A stretch of 64,000 nucleotides of DNA from the NCBI RefSeq assembly GCF_009914755.1, contig NC_060926.1, one strand, 5' to 3'. Under the pieces are notes generated by a model that saw only the letters and a program-made list of their open reading frames with translations, did not search any database and was not told where the DNA came from. The translations under genes and the position numbers were made by a program. Shown here piece after piece: positions 26,120-38,749 of this stretch; position 1 is the first letter of the stretch; every line of letters begins with the position of its first letter. Source of the stretch: the human T2T-CHM13v2.0 reference genome, Homo sapiens.

Positions 26120-26598
26120 ATCTAAGGCTCTCTATGGAGGCCGGGGAGGCTGGATGGGACAAAAAGGCAGATGAAGGACAAATTCTGATTCTCTCTTCTG
26201 GAGTTGGGGCGCCTTTCTTTTCCTGCCCTTGGATGTCAGAGCTCCAAGGTCTCTGGCTTTTGGATTCCAGGACTTGCACTAGTGCTCCCGACCCCTGCCC
26301 CCTAACCTCCACCCAGCCTTTTTGGCCTTCAGCCTTGGACTGAGAGTTACACCATCTGCTTCCCTGGATCTGAGGCATTTGGACTTGAACTGAGCCATGC
26401 TACCGTCTTCCCTGGTTCCCCAGCTTGCAGATGACCTGTTGTGGGACTCCTTAGCCTCTCCAACCAAGTGCGCCAATTACCCTAAACAATCCCTTCACAT
26501 GTATCTCTCTCTCCCTCTCTCACTCTAGATATATAGATATAGATATATACATAAATATTCTATTGGTTCTGACCCTCTGGAGAACCCTGACTAAAACA
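26120..26598 (+). mobile_element. MLT2-family (ERVL) LTR
   Basis: Ends in CTATTGGTTCTG...CTCTGGAGAACCCTGACTAAAACA, the MLT2 3' terminus. Confidence 0.8.
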
Positions 26599-28436
26599 TA
26601 TGGTAAGTTGAAAATATAAACCGGTTCACAAATTATTTAAACAAACTAGTGAATGGTATACATTGAATCCTTAGGGGGCTAATAGGGTTAGAATAATAAT
26701 TACTACCATGGATTGGGTGCCTCCTTTGTGCTCAGTGCTTTTAAATACGTCTCTATCCTCCAGTCTTCATGGCCACCTTCTAACAGATGAGAAAACTGAG
26801 TGGCGTTTAATGTGCTCCAGGTCAACAGCCCCTCAGCGCATTACTCTGACCTGCTGTGGTAATTCCATGATCCTAAAATGTTTGGCTTCTATGAGCCTCG
26901 ACTTCAGTGTGTACCCACAGTACTTTGTACACAGATACTGACACTCCTTTTCAGAGTTCCAAGTTTAATCTCTGTTGTAAATGCATATTTGCTAGAAAAT
27001 GTTCTTCCTTGGAGAAGGACCTGTAACTCTCTGACAGCGTTCCTGACACTACACCAGGAACGCTGGCCATAGTGACAACGTCGATGTACCCTGTGATAGG
27101 GGTTAGCATTAGGTGTGTAATGCTGAGTAATGCAGGCAGGGAGGCAACAACTTCCTGTTACCTTCAAGCTAGAATTGCTCAGTCAACCCAAAGCCACCGG
27201 GAAAAGGTGAGTAACGCTTCCTTCCTGCCTCTGCCTGCACGGTCAAATTGTTGACAGTTGGCTCAGTTTCTCTTCTCACCTGTAAAAGGATAATATTTGT
27301 GTAGACTTGGAACACATGCAAGAATCTGCAAGTAGATATTTGGAATGTGCATGTCTTGGCCTTTTCTTCCACTGTTGCTGGAAAGAAACCCAAAGAACTT
27401 AAGCTGTGCTGAACTTTCCGGTACTTCAAAGTAAACTTAAAGGATTTCCTGTTCTTTTTACAACTGTGGTCATTTCCCATTTACCTAAAATCGATATTAG
27501 CCACCACTGAAATAATCATAGTTCTGCTAGACTTCTCTGAGGTGAGCTAGAAGGTCTTGGACTTCGAATCCAGACTTAGGATTCCATGATATACAAGAGG
27601 GGGTTGTACTTGAAATTTACAACTCTGTAGTGGAACTTGTGCCCCAGCAAATGGGCCATCAGCCAGTTCAACAGGTTGCCGCAGTGTGGACCTAGTCAGC
27701 ACTGCCCTGAGCTCTCTGGAATAGTTTGCTTTCCCTCAGATTTTCTCTTTATTGCTATTCTTAAAACACATATCATCTTACATAAAATTATAAACATAAA
27801 CTGAACCATGATGGCCTGTCCTGCAATATGAAAATCGGCATGCTGCTTTAAAATGTGTATGTGTGTGATGTTGGGGCTGCATTCTTATCATCAAGGTACC
27901 TCCGTGTCACCGTGTCATTCAGTGGATGGTAACGTGGGATCTTCAGGTAATTCTGGAGTGGCATTTTGTATCAGAATCCATGCATTTGGGTATTGATCTG
28001 CTGAATCAGTTATTCCCTTGAGAAGTTATGACATCTTAAGCATTCTGGTTGGCATTGAATTGTTCTCATAAACCAGCACAGAGAGCGAATAGAGCAGACT
28101 TTGGAGCCAGGCAGATTTAGGTTCAAATTCTTACTCTTCTACTTACTAGTTCTTTGACCTAGGCAGGTAGTGGATTTCTCCACACCTTTGCTCCCTCATA
28201 CATAAAATGATCCTTGCAGATGGTCATGGGGTTACAAGGAACAACCAACAGAAAGCACTTGTACAGTTCCTGTTACTAAAGATGCCTGGGGTGTGCTGGC
28301 TCCCTGAAGGCGTGGGCCACTCTCCTCTGCCATTCCGGAGTGTGACAAGTTTCTTCTCAGGGTTCTTTCAGGGAGGTTCTCCCAGGTGCACAACTGAAGG
28401 TTGGCTCCATCCACTTACTTCATGTCAGAGAAACTT

Positions 28437-28732
28437 TTTGTTTTTGTTTTTGAGATGGAGTTTTGCTCTTGTCACCCAGGCTGGAGTACAATGTATGATC
28501 TCGGCTCACTGCAACCTCCGCCTCCCGGATTCAAGTGATTCTCCTGCCTCAGCCTCCCTAGTAGCTGGGATTATAGGTGTCCACCACAACGTCTGGCTAA
28601 TTTTTGTATTTTTAGTAGAGATGGGGTTTCACCATATTGGCTAGGCTGGTCTCTAGCCCCTGACCTCAGTGATCCACCCGCCTCAGCCTCCCAAAGTGCT
28701 GGGATTACAGGCATGAGCCACTGTTCCTGGCC
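28437..28732 (-). mobile_element. AluS
   Basis: Full Alu with 16-bp TSD CATGTCAGAGAAACTT. Confidence 0.95.
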
Positions 28733-30521
28733 CATGTCAGAGAAACTTCTAACTGTCCTCAATCCTGACCACATGGTCTTCCCCACCAAGGAGACAATGT
28801 TCTAAGCTGCCCTAATTTAGAGCAAGAATAAAACTGCCAGACCAAGCACTTAAGATGCTCAAGTGCTCACAGTAGTTTTGTCATTAGCTTCCTCAAGAAG
28901 TGGGAGCTAAAGTGAAGTCAAGAACAGGTCATCCAGATGTCTGTTGGTCAAGCCTTCCTCTAGGAATGTGCAGCCTTCCCAGCTAGCTAGGGAAGGAAAG
29001 TTTTCCCAGGACTCAGTGTTAAAACTAGAAATTGTTGGGCAAATAGGGAAAGCTGGTCACCCTGCTAATGTTCCCTACCCAAGGCAGGGCTCCCCTAAAT
29101 GGACACTGCACAGAGGCAGGGGTCCCCTTCTGGGCCTTGGCACACTGGGCAGCTGTGTGAGCTTTGGGCCTAGGTTCCTCCTAGGAGATGAGCATTGAAT
29201 ATCATGATTTCTAACATCACTGTTGGCCATAACAGTCTGGTCCTGGCTGAGTCGTACCTGCCTACCTTCCCAGATGCCTACATTGGTCTCTCCTTAGCAC
29301 CTCAGGCACCTGGAAGGGAAATGGCATGAGAGCACTGCGGGGCACTTGGCAGACACTCCCCCTTTCTGAACTGTGGAAATGACTTGCCAAGCAGGTTGAG
29401 AAAACAAGGTCCTCGGGTCCTGATAACATCTGCCCAGCCTGAGCCTGCTGTTTGCCTCCAAGGGTGTGTCTGAGAGACAGCTCTCAGAGCCCACTTAGGG
29501 AAAACACACCCCTCCACGTCCCAGCTGGCCTGCTCTGGCCTATGAGAGTCACCATTTATTTGCAATGTTGACTCCTCTTATTCTCTTCCTAAGTTGGAGA
29601 AGTGGACTCCTTCTAAAAGCCGAAGGAAGGAATGCAGTCTCTTACCAATGACCATATGATCTGATAAAGGATACAGGCTGCAGATTCATTTGTGGACTGT
29701 TCTCTTTTTATTCAGTTTAGATTTCAATGCTTTAAGCTTCAGGGTGAAAGAACTCCAGAGACTAAAGTTAACCTCTCAGTGAAAAAAATGCCATTTACAA
29801 TTTTCATGTTATCCTTCTCTGTTGCTTGACTCTCTTTATATGATTTGGACTTTGGGTTTCATTTATGGTCCAGATAGATGGGCCATCAAATAGAAACCAT
29901 GAACTAACAGACTCACATAAATTCATAAATCAGGCTCATGGTACTGCTCACGACATTTCCTCACTTTGCTTTCCCTCCTCCCTCCCTTTCTTGATTTTTG
30001 TCATCTATCATCCCTCTATGTATTATCTATGTATTATTTCCTCACTCAGTATCTGCCCCCCTGCTAGAATGTAAGTCATCAACCAATGGCAGGGAGCTTG
30101 GTGAACCCCCAGTGCCTTGTGCAGTATTTGGCTCCTTGATATATGCATGTGAGTGAATTCTGTGTGTTGTCATCAGTGACAGCCTTGATTCAAGCTACTA
30201 TTGAATAAATAGCACAGTTGTTTTGATACCACAAGGCGGACAGTAGATTTAGGTTTAGACAATTCTGTAATTTTCTGTTCTCGCATTTGTAATTAAGAGT
30301 CCTCCTTAAGCTCAACATTGAGTAATCAACAGGGTATACTGAAGCCAGGATCCAGGTCTTTCCACTCTGATCCTGGGGTTCAGATTCTCACTTTCTAAGG
30401 AAATTAATATTTTATTTTGACCTAAAGTTAATAGTTATTAGTGATTTAATACAGTCTCCCCTTCAGATCACATTTCAACTTTAATGATAATTTTTAATGA
30501 GATAATATAAAGATGACAATC

Positions 30522-30830
30522 GGCCGGGCACAGTGGCTCATGCCTGTAATCTCAGCACTTTGAGACGGAGGCGGGTGGATCACCTGAGGTTGGGAGTTTG
30601 AGACCAGCCTGACCCATGTGGAGAAACCCCGTCTCTACTAAAAATACAGAATTAGCCGTGCGTGGTGGCACATGTCTGTAATCCCAGCTACTCGGGAGGC
30701 TGAGACAGGAGAATGGCTTTAACCTGGGAGGCAGAGGTTGTGGTGAGCTGAGATCGCACAATTGCACTCCAGCCTGGGCAACAAGAGTGAAACTCCATCT
30801 CAAAACAACAACAACAACAACAACAACAAC
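30522..30830 (+). mobile_element. AluSp-like with (CAA)n tail
   Basis: Full Alu. TSD AGATGACAATC at 30511 and 30831. Confidence 0.95.
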
Positions 30831-31286
30831 AGATGACAATCAACCATAGAGTTTGAAGCATTGTAGCAGAGAAAATCAGGTGGCCATTGCCGGACAGGAG
30901 CACATGTTCTGGAATTTCTGTGCTGCCTCCCGTCAGCTGCTCCGTGCCACTTCCAAGACCAATATTATAAGGTTCTGGTTGAGACACTCAATTTCCTTCG
31001 TGCTTAGTATTTGTAACCTGGAACATTTAAATACCATATAAATCTATTTGATTCATCAGTGAACGTGCAAAGTGTAACCACCCAAGCATTGTGTAAGCCC
31101 CCAAGTTTACCTGAAGGGAAAAGGCAGCTGCTGTTGAACTCCGCAACATAAGCCACATCACCCAATGCTTGGACTGTTTCTGAACAGGTACAATAAGAGA
31201 GTTTCTACAGCAGGCTGAGTATCTGTCCATATTCTTCACAGAAATAAAGAAGTGATGTATTTCCTCTCCTCAAGAAAGCCCATCTT

Positions 31287-31590
31287 GGCCAGGCACAGTG
31301 GCTCACACCTGTAATCCCTGCACTTTGGGAGGCCGAGGTGGGCAGATCACTTGAGGCCAGGAGTTCGAGATCAGCCTGGCCATCATGGCGAAACCCCGTC
31401 TCTACTAAAAATACAAAAATTAATTGGGCATAGTAGTGGGCACCTGTAATCCCAGCTACTCAAGAAGCTGAGGCAGGAAAATCACTTGAACCCGGGAGAC
31501 AGAGGTTGCAGTGAGCCGAGGTTGCTCCATTGCTCTCCTGCCTGAGCGACAGAGTGAGACTCCGACTCAGAAAAAAAAAAAAAAAGGAAG
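31287..31590 (+). mobile_element. AluS
   Basis: Full Alu with A tail. Confidence 0.93.
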
Positions 31591-32199
31591 AAGAAAGCAA
31601 GCCTATCTTTGGATTCTTACCTAGGGTTAGGCATAGGCCACTGCAAGACTGAGCAAGACGGCAGAGTCTGGCTCAGCCAGGGCAGCGAGAAGGATGATCA
31701 GGCTTCCATGACTCACCGGCTGCCCAAGCCACCACACCCTCAGGGTGCATGGCGCACACTGAGAGCAAACTCACCATGAGAAGAGTCTGCCTTCACTTAA
31801 TTTGCTAATGAGAAAGATTACAAACTGTGCTTTTGTTTGTATCTTTGTGCCCATTCATTTTCCAATGACAATGTTAATAAAACATGAAGAAAAATATTTT
31901 AAGCAAAAGACTGATGAAACAATTAAAAACAATTGAAGGGAAGCAAAGTTCAGAATATTCAAAATTGCTTTGACTGCATTTCATCTTGAGGAAAGTCGAT
32001 GATTTCAGGTGCCATGCAACTTACCTAGGACAAGCCTTGGAATGCCTTCCCCTCATTTCTACTGATAAGCTGATGAGAGAACACTCAAGAAGAAAGGGAG
32101 AAAACAGAAGACAAGGAACTGTAATGAGCAGACTCTCATTTCAAATTTTTGCCGCATTACTCAAACTCATAAATCAGTATTAATAAATGATAAAAATAC

Positions 32200-32205
32200 T
32201 TTATT
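32200..32205 (-). terminator. FAM110C: FAM110C polyadenylation signal AATAAA
   Basis: TTTATT on the + strand with U-rich downstream sequence. Implies a ~2.8-kb terminal exon. Confidence 0.6.
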
Positions 32206-32635
32206 TCTTTAACACAGAATATACAATATTGCACTCCAGTTGCAAATAGTGTATAGAAAAAGCTCTGTTTAGAAACTGCCATAGCAATTGTCTAAGTCTA
32301 CTAATGTTTTCTGGCATCACCAATGATAACCACAGTGCTGAACTTTGAACCAACTGAAAAAGGGGAATGTTCAATAAAGCCTCCTTTTTCTTCCAGTTTC
32401 AGTGCCCAGTAGTTTAAAACATTCTATTATGTTTAATTACATTTTGAAAAATTGTCGTTCTTTCATGAACAAATAAAAGTACCTTGCAGCCGTCACTATT
32501 GCCCATTCTTGTGGGAAGCAATCGCAAGCTTTTCATCCCGACTGAACTAAACAGTCTGATTTTTCTCAAAGTCACTCAGCAAATTGCGGTAATTCAGGTT
32601 TAGGCAAGAAGTTCTTTAGTTTTACTTTTTATATA

Positions 32636-32790
32636 TATTTTTAGAGACAGGGTCTTGCTCTGTCACTCAGGCTGGAGTGCAGTGGTGCAATCATGGTTCA
32701 CTGCAGCCTTGAACCCCAAGGCACAAGTGATCCTCCCACCTTGGCCTCCCAAAGCATTGGGATTAAAGGCATGAGCCACCGCCCCTGGCT
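32636..32790 (-). mobile_element. Alu monomer (FRAM/FLAM) in the FAM110C 3' UTR
   Basis: ~150-bp single-arm Alu. Confidence 0.8.
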
Positions 32791-34973
32791 GAAGAAGGAA
32801 CTCACCTCTTACACATACTCAAGATATGGAGCTGTGGCATGAATCTGAATGGAAGGGAAGGAAAATTAACTCACTTCTTTAGGAGTCTGATGCCACCCAG
32901 TTCCCCTGTTCTTCATGCCCCGTTTCTGATATCTACTTCTAGAATTCACTCCAGCTGAATTCTTCTCTTTTCCTGTGCCACCACCAAAGGTGCAAACATT
33001 TCTAAAAGATCTTGGTGGCTTTAGTGGAAACCATTTGGTTTTTACATTTTTCACCTATGATATGAATGATGAGTCTGCATGATTTTTATCTTAAATAAAT
33101 CTGACCCAGGCTGCATCCATCCTGTTCTGACAGTAGAAAGGCATACACACTTTTACTTAAAGCTTTCATATCTAAAATTGATGGGACATCTGAAAATAAG
33201 GGAATTGGGTATATGAAAAGATCCTTTAAAAAACTGCTCTCATCTTTCACATTATCTTCTTTTTAACTAAGTGCAATACAGTGAACAGCAAAATAGCAGC
33301 ATTTTTAGAGCAACCATTGGGGAAAATTCTTAGATCAGGGGACCTCCTGTCCTGACAGAGTCTATATTCGGCCAGCAAAGGCTCCCTAAATGTGTATCTG
33401 AGACTTATTTGAAAACAAGTCACCATAGTACTGAGTACTGAATTGAGTGGCAAACACTCCACTTGCAGTCAATGAAAATCCAATTACACAATATACACAA
33501 AGAGATGACCAAGAAAAACATGATTTAAAATTATACTGACAAAAACTAAAATCATATGAAGTAAAATAAAACTATCTGAAGACTAATAACTGTGTAAAAA
33601 TAAATATCTAAGTAACCCAATGACCTACTCTCACGGTAAAATAGTTACGAAAAAAGAATACAATATTAACCAAAACTTGAATAATTCAAAATGAAATGGT
33701 TAACAAAATATCATATCAATGAGAAACCCATTTCTCTCCCCTCCACATTCTTCTCTCTAACGATTTTCTTCTTGAAAAGATATATTTTGATATTAAGCTT
33801 TCGAAGAATTGGCTGGGTAACAAATTTTCTTTGGGTTATTTCTCAGAAGGTTCTGAATCTGAATCTATTCACTCTGGGTGTCATAAGCAAGTTCAGAATT
33901 AGGGACCCAGTAACCCCCATGAACATTCTCATTACAGCCGCCCTCAGGCTGTCCCTTGTTTCAAAATATGCCCTTTGCAGAAAAGAGTGAATTGGTGTCA
34001 AATTTGGGTTGATTACGTCATATGTGGAGGTGTGAGTCAGATCAAAGGGCAGGGAAGAGGTCCTGCCTCAGATGCCCGTGTTCTGTGTAAACCAAAGTTT
34101 TCTGTTCTTTTTGGAAGTTGGGAACAAGAGAACCATGGAGTACATTCTAAATAGTGCTGCAAAAGTGAAATGTTGTATTCATCTGACCAAAGGAAACTCC
34201 AAGATTCTTCCGCTAACTCTCCAGAAACTGTCCAGTTGCAATAAAAGGTTTTGTTTATCAGTATTTAAACTCTAACTTATCTTTTAATGGGTACTTCCAC
34301 ATGCCTACAACCCGAATGGAGAATGACATTAATAGAATGACCTTGTAGCCCTCAAGTTATTTTAAAAGTGCTTTCTGACTTGTTAAATAAGATAAACAGT
34401 AGTATAATTTGGGAATTAACCGTAATTTATAGTGCAGTAATGCTCTGGCAATTGGGGTCAGCATGTGTGAGTGTGTGTGTTTACTCTTATTTGACCACAT
34501 AATTGAAGTAGAATATGCCTTTTTATGATTACTTTGATTTAAATGATGTTAATCAGCCCAGGATGGTCAAAAGGGGCACATACCATAGCATTCATGCTTG
34601 GTTTTTATTTTCCTTGATTTAAAAAAAAATCAACTTAGATATTGTTAAAATGCATCACAGTACCTCTTTGTCAGCAAGTCAGTCAAAAAGATTTCCAAAC
34701 AGCTTTACGGTTTCCAGCTGCCCTCTGGAAGCAACACTAGTTTCACCTCAAACAAGGAAGACACCTCTTAGAGTTTCAGCTGTTACAACTCAGCTAAATT
34801 TCAAGGTCTGTGTTCCCATATTCTCTGTAGTATTTTAAACCTTCTCAGAGCACTTGTTTTGTCAATGGGATGCTGCATTCCTGGTAAAACAGCAATCATG
34901 TGGTCACCTAGGCACACTAGCCAAATGGTCCTGGGATCCCAAATCACCCATGAAATCCTTCAAGAAGTCTTCA

Positions 34974-34993
34974 TCATCGGGAAGGTTTGCTTC
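34974..34993 (-). CDS. FAM110C: FAM110C coding exon 2 (last codons G-S-K-P-S-R-stop)
   Basis: Acceptor TTTTTTCTTTAACTCCTCAG|GAAGCAAACCTTCCCGATGATGA. A phase-1 join to exon 1 gives 966 nt, i.e. 321 aa plus stop. Confidence 0.9.
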
Positions 34994-37900
34994 CTGAGGA
35001 GTTAAAGAAAAAATAGTGAATCAACTCCAGTCTAGACAAAAGTTAGTATAATGAAAACTAAACATTATACTGGTCTGGTCCCTGTAGTTTTTGTTTTCTG
35101 ACATTCTCTGCATTTTGAAACATCTTCTTTTGCGTTTTAAATTTTGACAAGAGGTCAGTAACTTTATTAAATACAGCTATCATCTCGTTTCTCTGGCAGA
35201 ACAAATTCCATCTCCCTGCAGGCCTTTTTCTGCGCTTTAAAAATTTCTCTTTGCCTCCAACTACTCATGGGGCAGTAAAGAAAATTTCTTTACATGTTGG
35301 TAAGGCCAGTGCTAACTACTACAGAGTTGGACAACAAAATAGGAAGCAATGCAGGCAGTTGAACTAAATATCTGAGGGCAAACAGATTCCTCCCTTTTCA
35401 AACACCAATATCTCTTAAAGGCCCAGGCGCGGGTCACACGACAGGGAAGAGTGGCCTTATGGCTACTCAAGCCACGTGTTTACCTAAAATGTGCTCCTAG
35501 TCGCATAGCTTCTCAGAATAGTCAAAGAAGAAAGGAAAAGAAAGCTGGATGTCCCGGGTTTATTTTTTCTGCATCTTTGCAAATATGAGACACAACTCTG
35601 TTCCAGGAGCTTTCGATGCGCTTCTACAGGTATTTCTTTTTTCTTTGTGTCAAGGATAAATGTGAAGATAGCTGTGGAATTGTCCGAACATTTTTGCCTT
35701 GAAATTAAGCAATGTTTTATGCCTAATTTCCCAAAGGACAAGTTATTTATGCCAGTATTAAAAGCAGCAACTTATATATTCTACGCAAAACAGAAAACCA
35801 GAAAGATCTAAATTTTGACAAGTCCCTAGTTTGATGAATTGAAAGACAGGAAGATGACTACATCACAGCAGATAAAAGAGATATTTTCATAAACTAAGCT
35901 CTGGGAAACAGAATACCAAAATTACCCATGTACAACCAACTACTGCTCATGGGTTCCCCAGAGGACTTGTGTGCGGATTATACGAGTCATTGCCCAGTTG
36001 TGATAGTCTCAGTTTTGAAAAGCAATTATCTTTACCCCATGGGGCAAGAAACTTATAAACGTATTTAGTTCTATTATAATTGAGACACTTTTATTATAAG
36101 TTGTAAATCTCTATCTACCAAGAGGACAAAAACCTCCAAATATATTTGTTTTCTCTTTCACTTAGAAAACCTACCTTTGTTCGTCTCAAGTTTTCTGAAT
36201 CTTTCAAGAAATCCTAAAATGAATCCTTATAAATTTCAGCAGAAAAAGCACAGCTTAAATTCCTGCTTCCACATCTTCCAGAAGTTGCAGAACTGGTCTC
36301 AGAACAAGGGACTTCTGCAGGAAGTCAGAGGACCGCCCCACTGACCAGGTGTTCACACTCTGTCGTGGCTTTCCCTGCTGGTCTCCTCCAGTGGGAACAC
36401 CAGTGCTGGGAGGTGGGGAGCTGTGAAGGGGCTAAGGTCATGAGCAGACACTGTTCCGGTGATCTGGAGAAAGCCCAGGCAACTCTGTTCTCCTCATACA
36501 CCCCACCCCTGGTAGCCGGGCAGTAAGTCTCTGCATTGCAGTTTCAAAGAGGCCTGTGCTGTTTTGGGTCTAGGGAAGTACATTAGTAAAGAAAATCTTT
36601 ATAGTGCTGGTGACTGCCAATTCCATATAAAAACTGGGGTAGCTTCTGTGGGACTGTACCCCTGCTCTGAGAAATAATGTGAAACTTCTCAGAAGACAGT
36701 TGCCATTGTCTCCAGTCTGGAACAAACGGGATTCAGGTGGAGGGAGACATGAGGGGAGGAAGAAGCCCATGAGCCTTTTTCCTGCCTCCATCCTTAGTGC
36801 CTTCCCAAACCTGCTCTCACTTTCCCTCTTCCTTCAACTATTTCTCTTTGTCATAAAAGTGAAAGTTCTCACAAGCTAACTAAACTTCTTATATTTTTCA
36901 TAGGTCCAAGCCTAAAAGGTCTTTAGGATTTAGTCTATGAAGTCAACTAAATTCTCATTCAGGTCACTCTTTTGACATTGGCTAATTCGAGATGGGAACC
37001 AGCCTGGGTCTGGAGGGATCAGAGCAGGCTGCTTTTATTTTTATGTTGTCAGGTTTTACTTTGGTTTCATTTGTATGCCACATTATTACCTCCCCACTAT
37101 TTATACCACCAAGTCTACCTACTGCCTGCACATGCTATGGCTACCTGGAGGGAGCTTATTCATAAATTTACTTCTCACGTACTTCAATAGACAACTTTTT
37201 TTTGTTTGTTTTCCATTTCTGGGTTTCAGTCATGCAACACAGATTATTACTACACAGACTAGAAAATGTAGAGGTTGAAAACCATCCGCCTATCTCCCTT
37301 CTTTTTATGGACAAAGGACGCCTGGTCTATAGTGCAGGAATCATTTGCTAACATAAGACAGGCCCTTAATTCTGGTTTAGTGCTCTATCCACCAGACACT
37401 GTCCCTCCACGGACCTGGCCACTCTCCAAAGCTCCTGCCCTACACATGGTGCCATCATGGAAATACCCTTGCCAGCATTCATTCATCTCAGATCCAAAAG
37501 ACAATTTGTGAAAACTACAAATTAATGTTTGTTTGCTTTTTAGAACTTTGCCTATATATATTTGTTGGGAACTTAGGCTAGTGGAAAACACAAATCTTCT
37601 ATAAATTATAAGGAAGAACTTAAGTCCTGAGCCTTCTGAGTTCAAGAAAAAGAATGAATTATCTTCTTCTCATTAATTTTCATGTCTGTACTAAAGTCAT
37701 AGCCAGAGAAATTATTGGAGATATTTTTAGCTGTCAAACATAGGTGAGCCCTGTGCAAACATCTCTTGGGCAGCCTCCCCCAAACTCTACAGGCTGCCAT
37801 GCATCTTCACTTAGTTTATCACAATGGCAGAAAATAATTTCATCTCATGATTTTTAAAATTTACTTATAGCAAGTTGTCATTGAAGGGTAAGAGGAAAAA

Positions 37901-38749
37901 AAAGATGTCGCAAAGTTTAAATTGTTCGTTCTCAAAGACAGCCCTGAAAAGGTTCTTTCTCTTCACTACTTTCCAAGACGCCCATAGGGAAGAGCAGGTA
38001 ACAGTGAAGACCAGCACTCCTCAGTTCCCCAGTGAAAAGCAAAAAGAGCTCGAGGTCAATCCGGCACTACTGGTTGTCCAAAGGGAGGTTACTTCCTGTA
38101 GTGTCATCAGAGGCAAATAAACTATAGACTCTAGTTACAATCTAGTCCAATTTCCCCAGTTTAAAAACCTGAAGCTCTCAAAACAATTTAAATAAAATTT
38201 AGCCAAATAAAGATCTTTGTTGCTAAGTGAATGCCAAAGTGCTACAAGATCCTGTGGAGAAGTTCTCACCACTTCAGCACAGGCCTCCAGGAAAGTGCAG
38301 GGAGTCTTCCTTTCTGTTCCAGTAACACAGCAGCGCCTACCTAGGGCTGCAGGTGGACTGGTCAGCTCCAATCAAACATCAGGACCGCCCACAGCACAGG
38401 TCAATGAACTCAGGAACTAGGGCTCTCAAGCTGTTTTCAGCTCAGGAAAGAATACTAGGGGTGTAAAACTGCTTTCTGGCAGCATTTTGGATTTCTCCTG
38501 TTTTCACAATAATAAGCCAAATGGGACATATTAATTTGCAGAATTGCCTTTCCAGGCAGCCAGACGCAGCAGACTCCTAAGGGCCTGGACCAGCAGGTGC
38601 CTGGATTGGTACCTTCTGCTCTTCAGCAGCGGGGGCTCAACTCACAAGCCTCTGCGTCAGTCTCTTGGGTCCCTTTCACACTGTAGCTCAAAATCGCACT
38701 CAATTCTAAGCAGCTGTAACTGGCCATCGCCCAGCTCGGTCACACTCAC

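Larger units (their letters stand above)
32182..34973 (-). other. FAM110C: FAM110C 3' UTR (terminal exon)
   Basis: Lies between the stop codon and the poly(A) signal. AT-rich and largely repeat-free. The 3' end is approximate. Confidence 0.7.

Noticed and set aside
28207-28644. 145-aa ORF
   Set aside because: The C-terminal half is antisense Alu translation.
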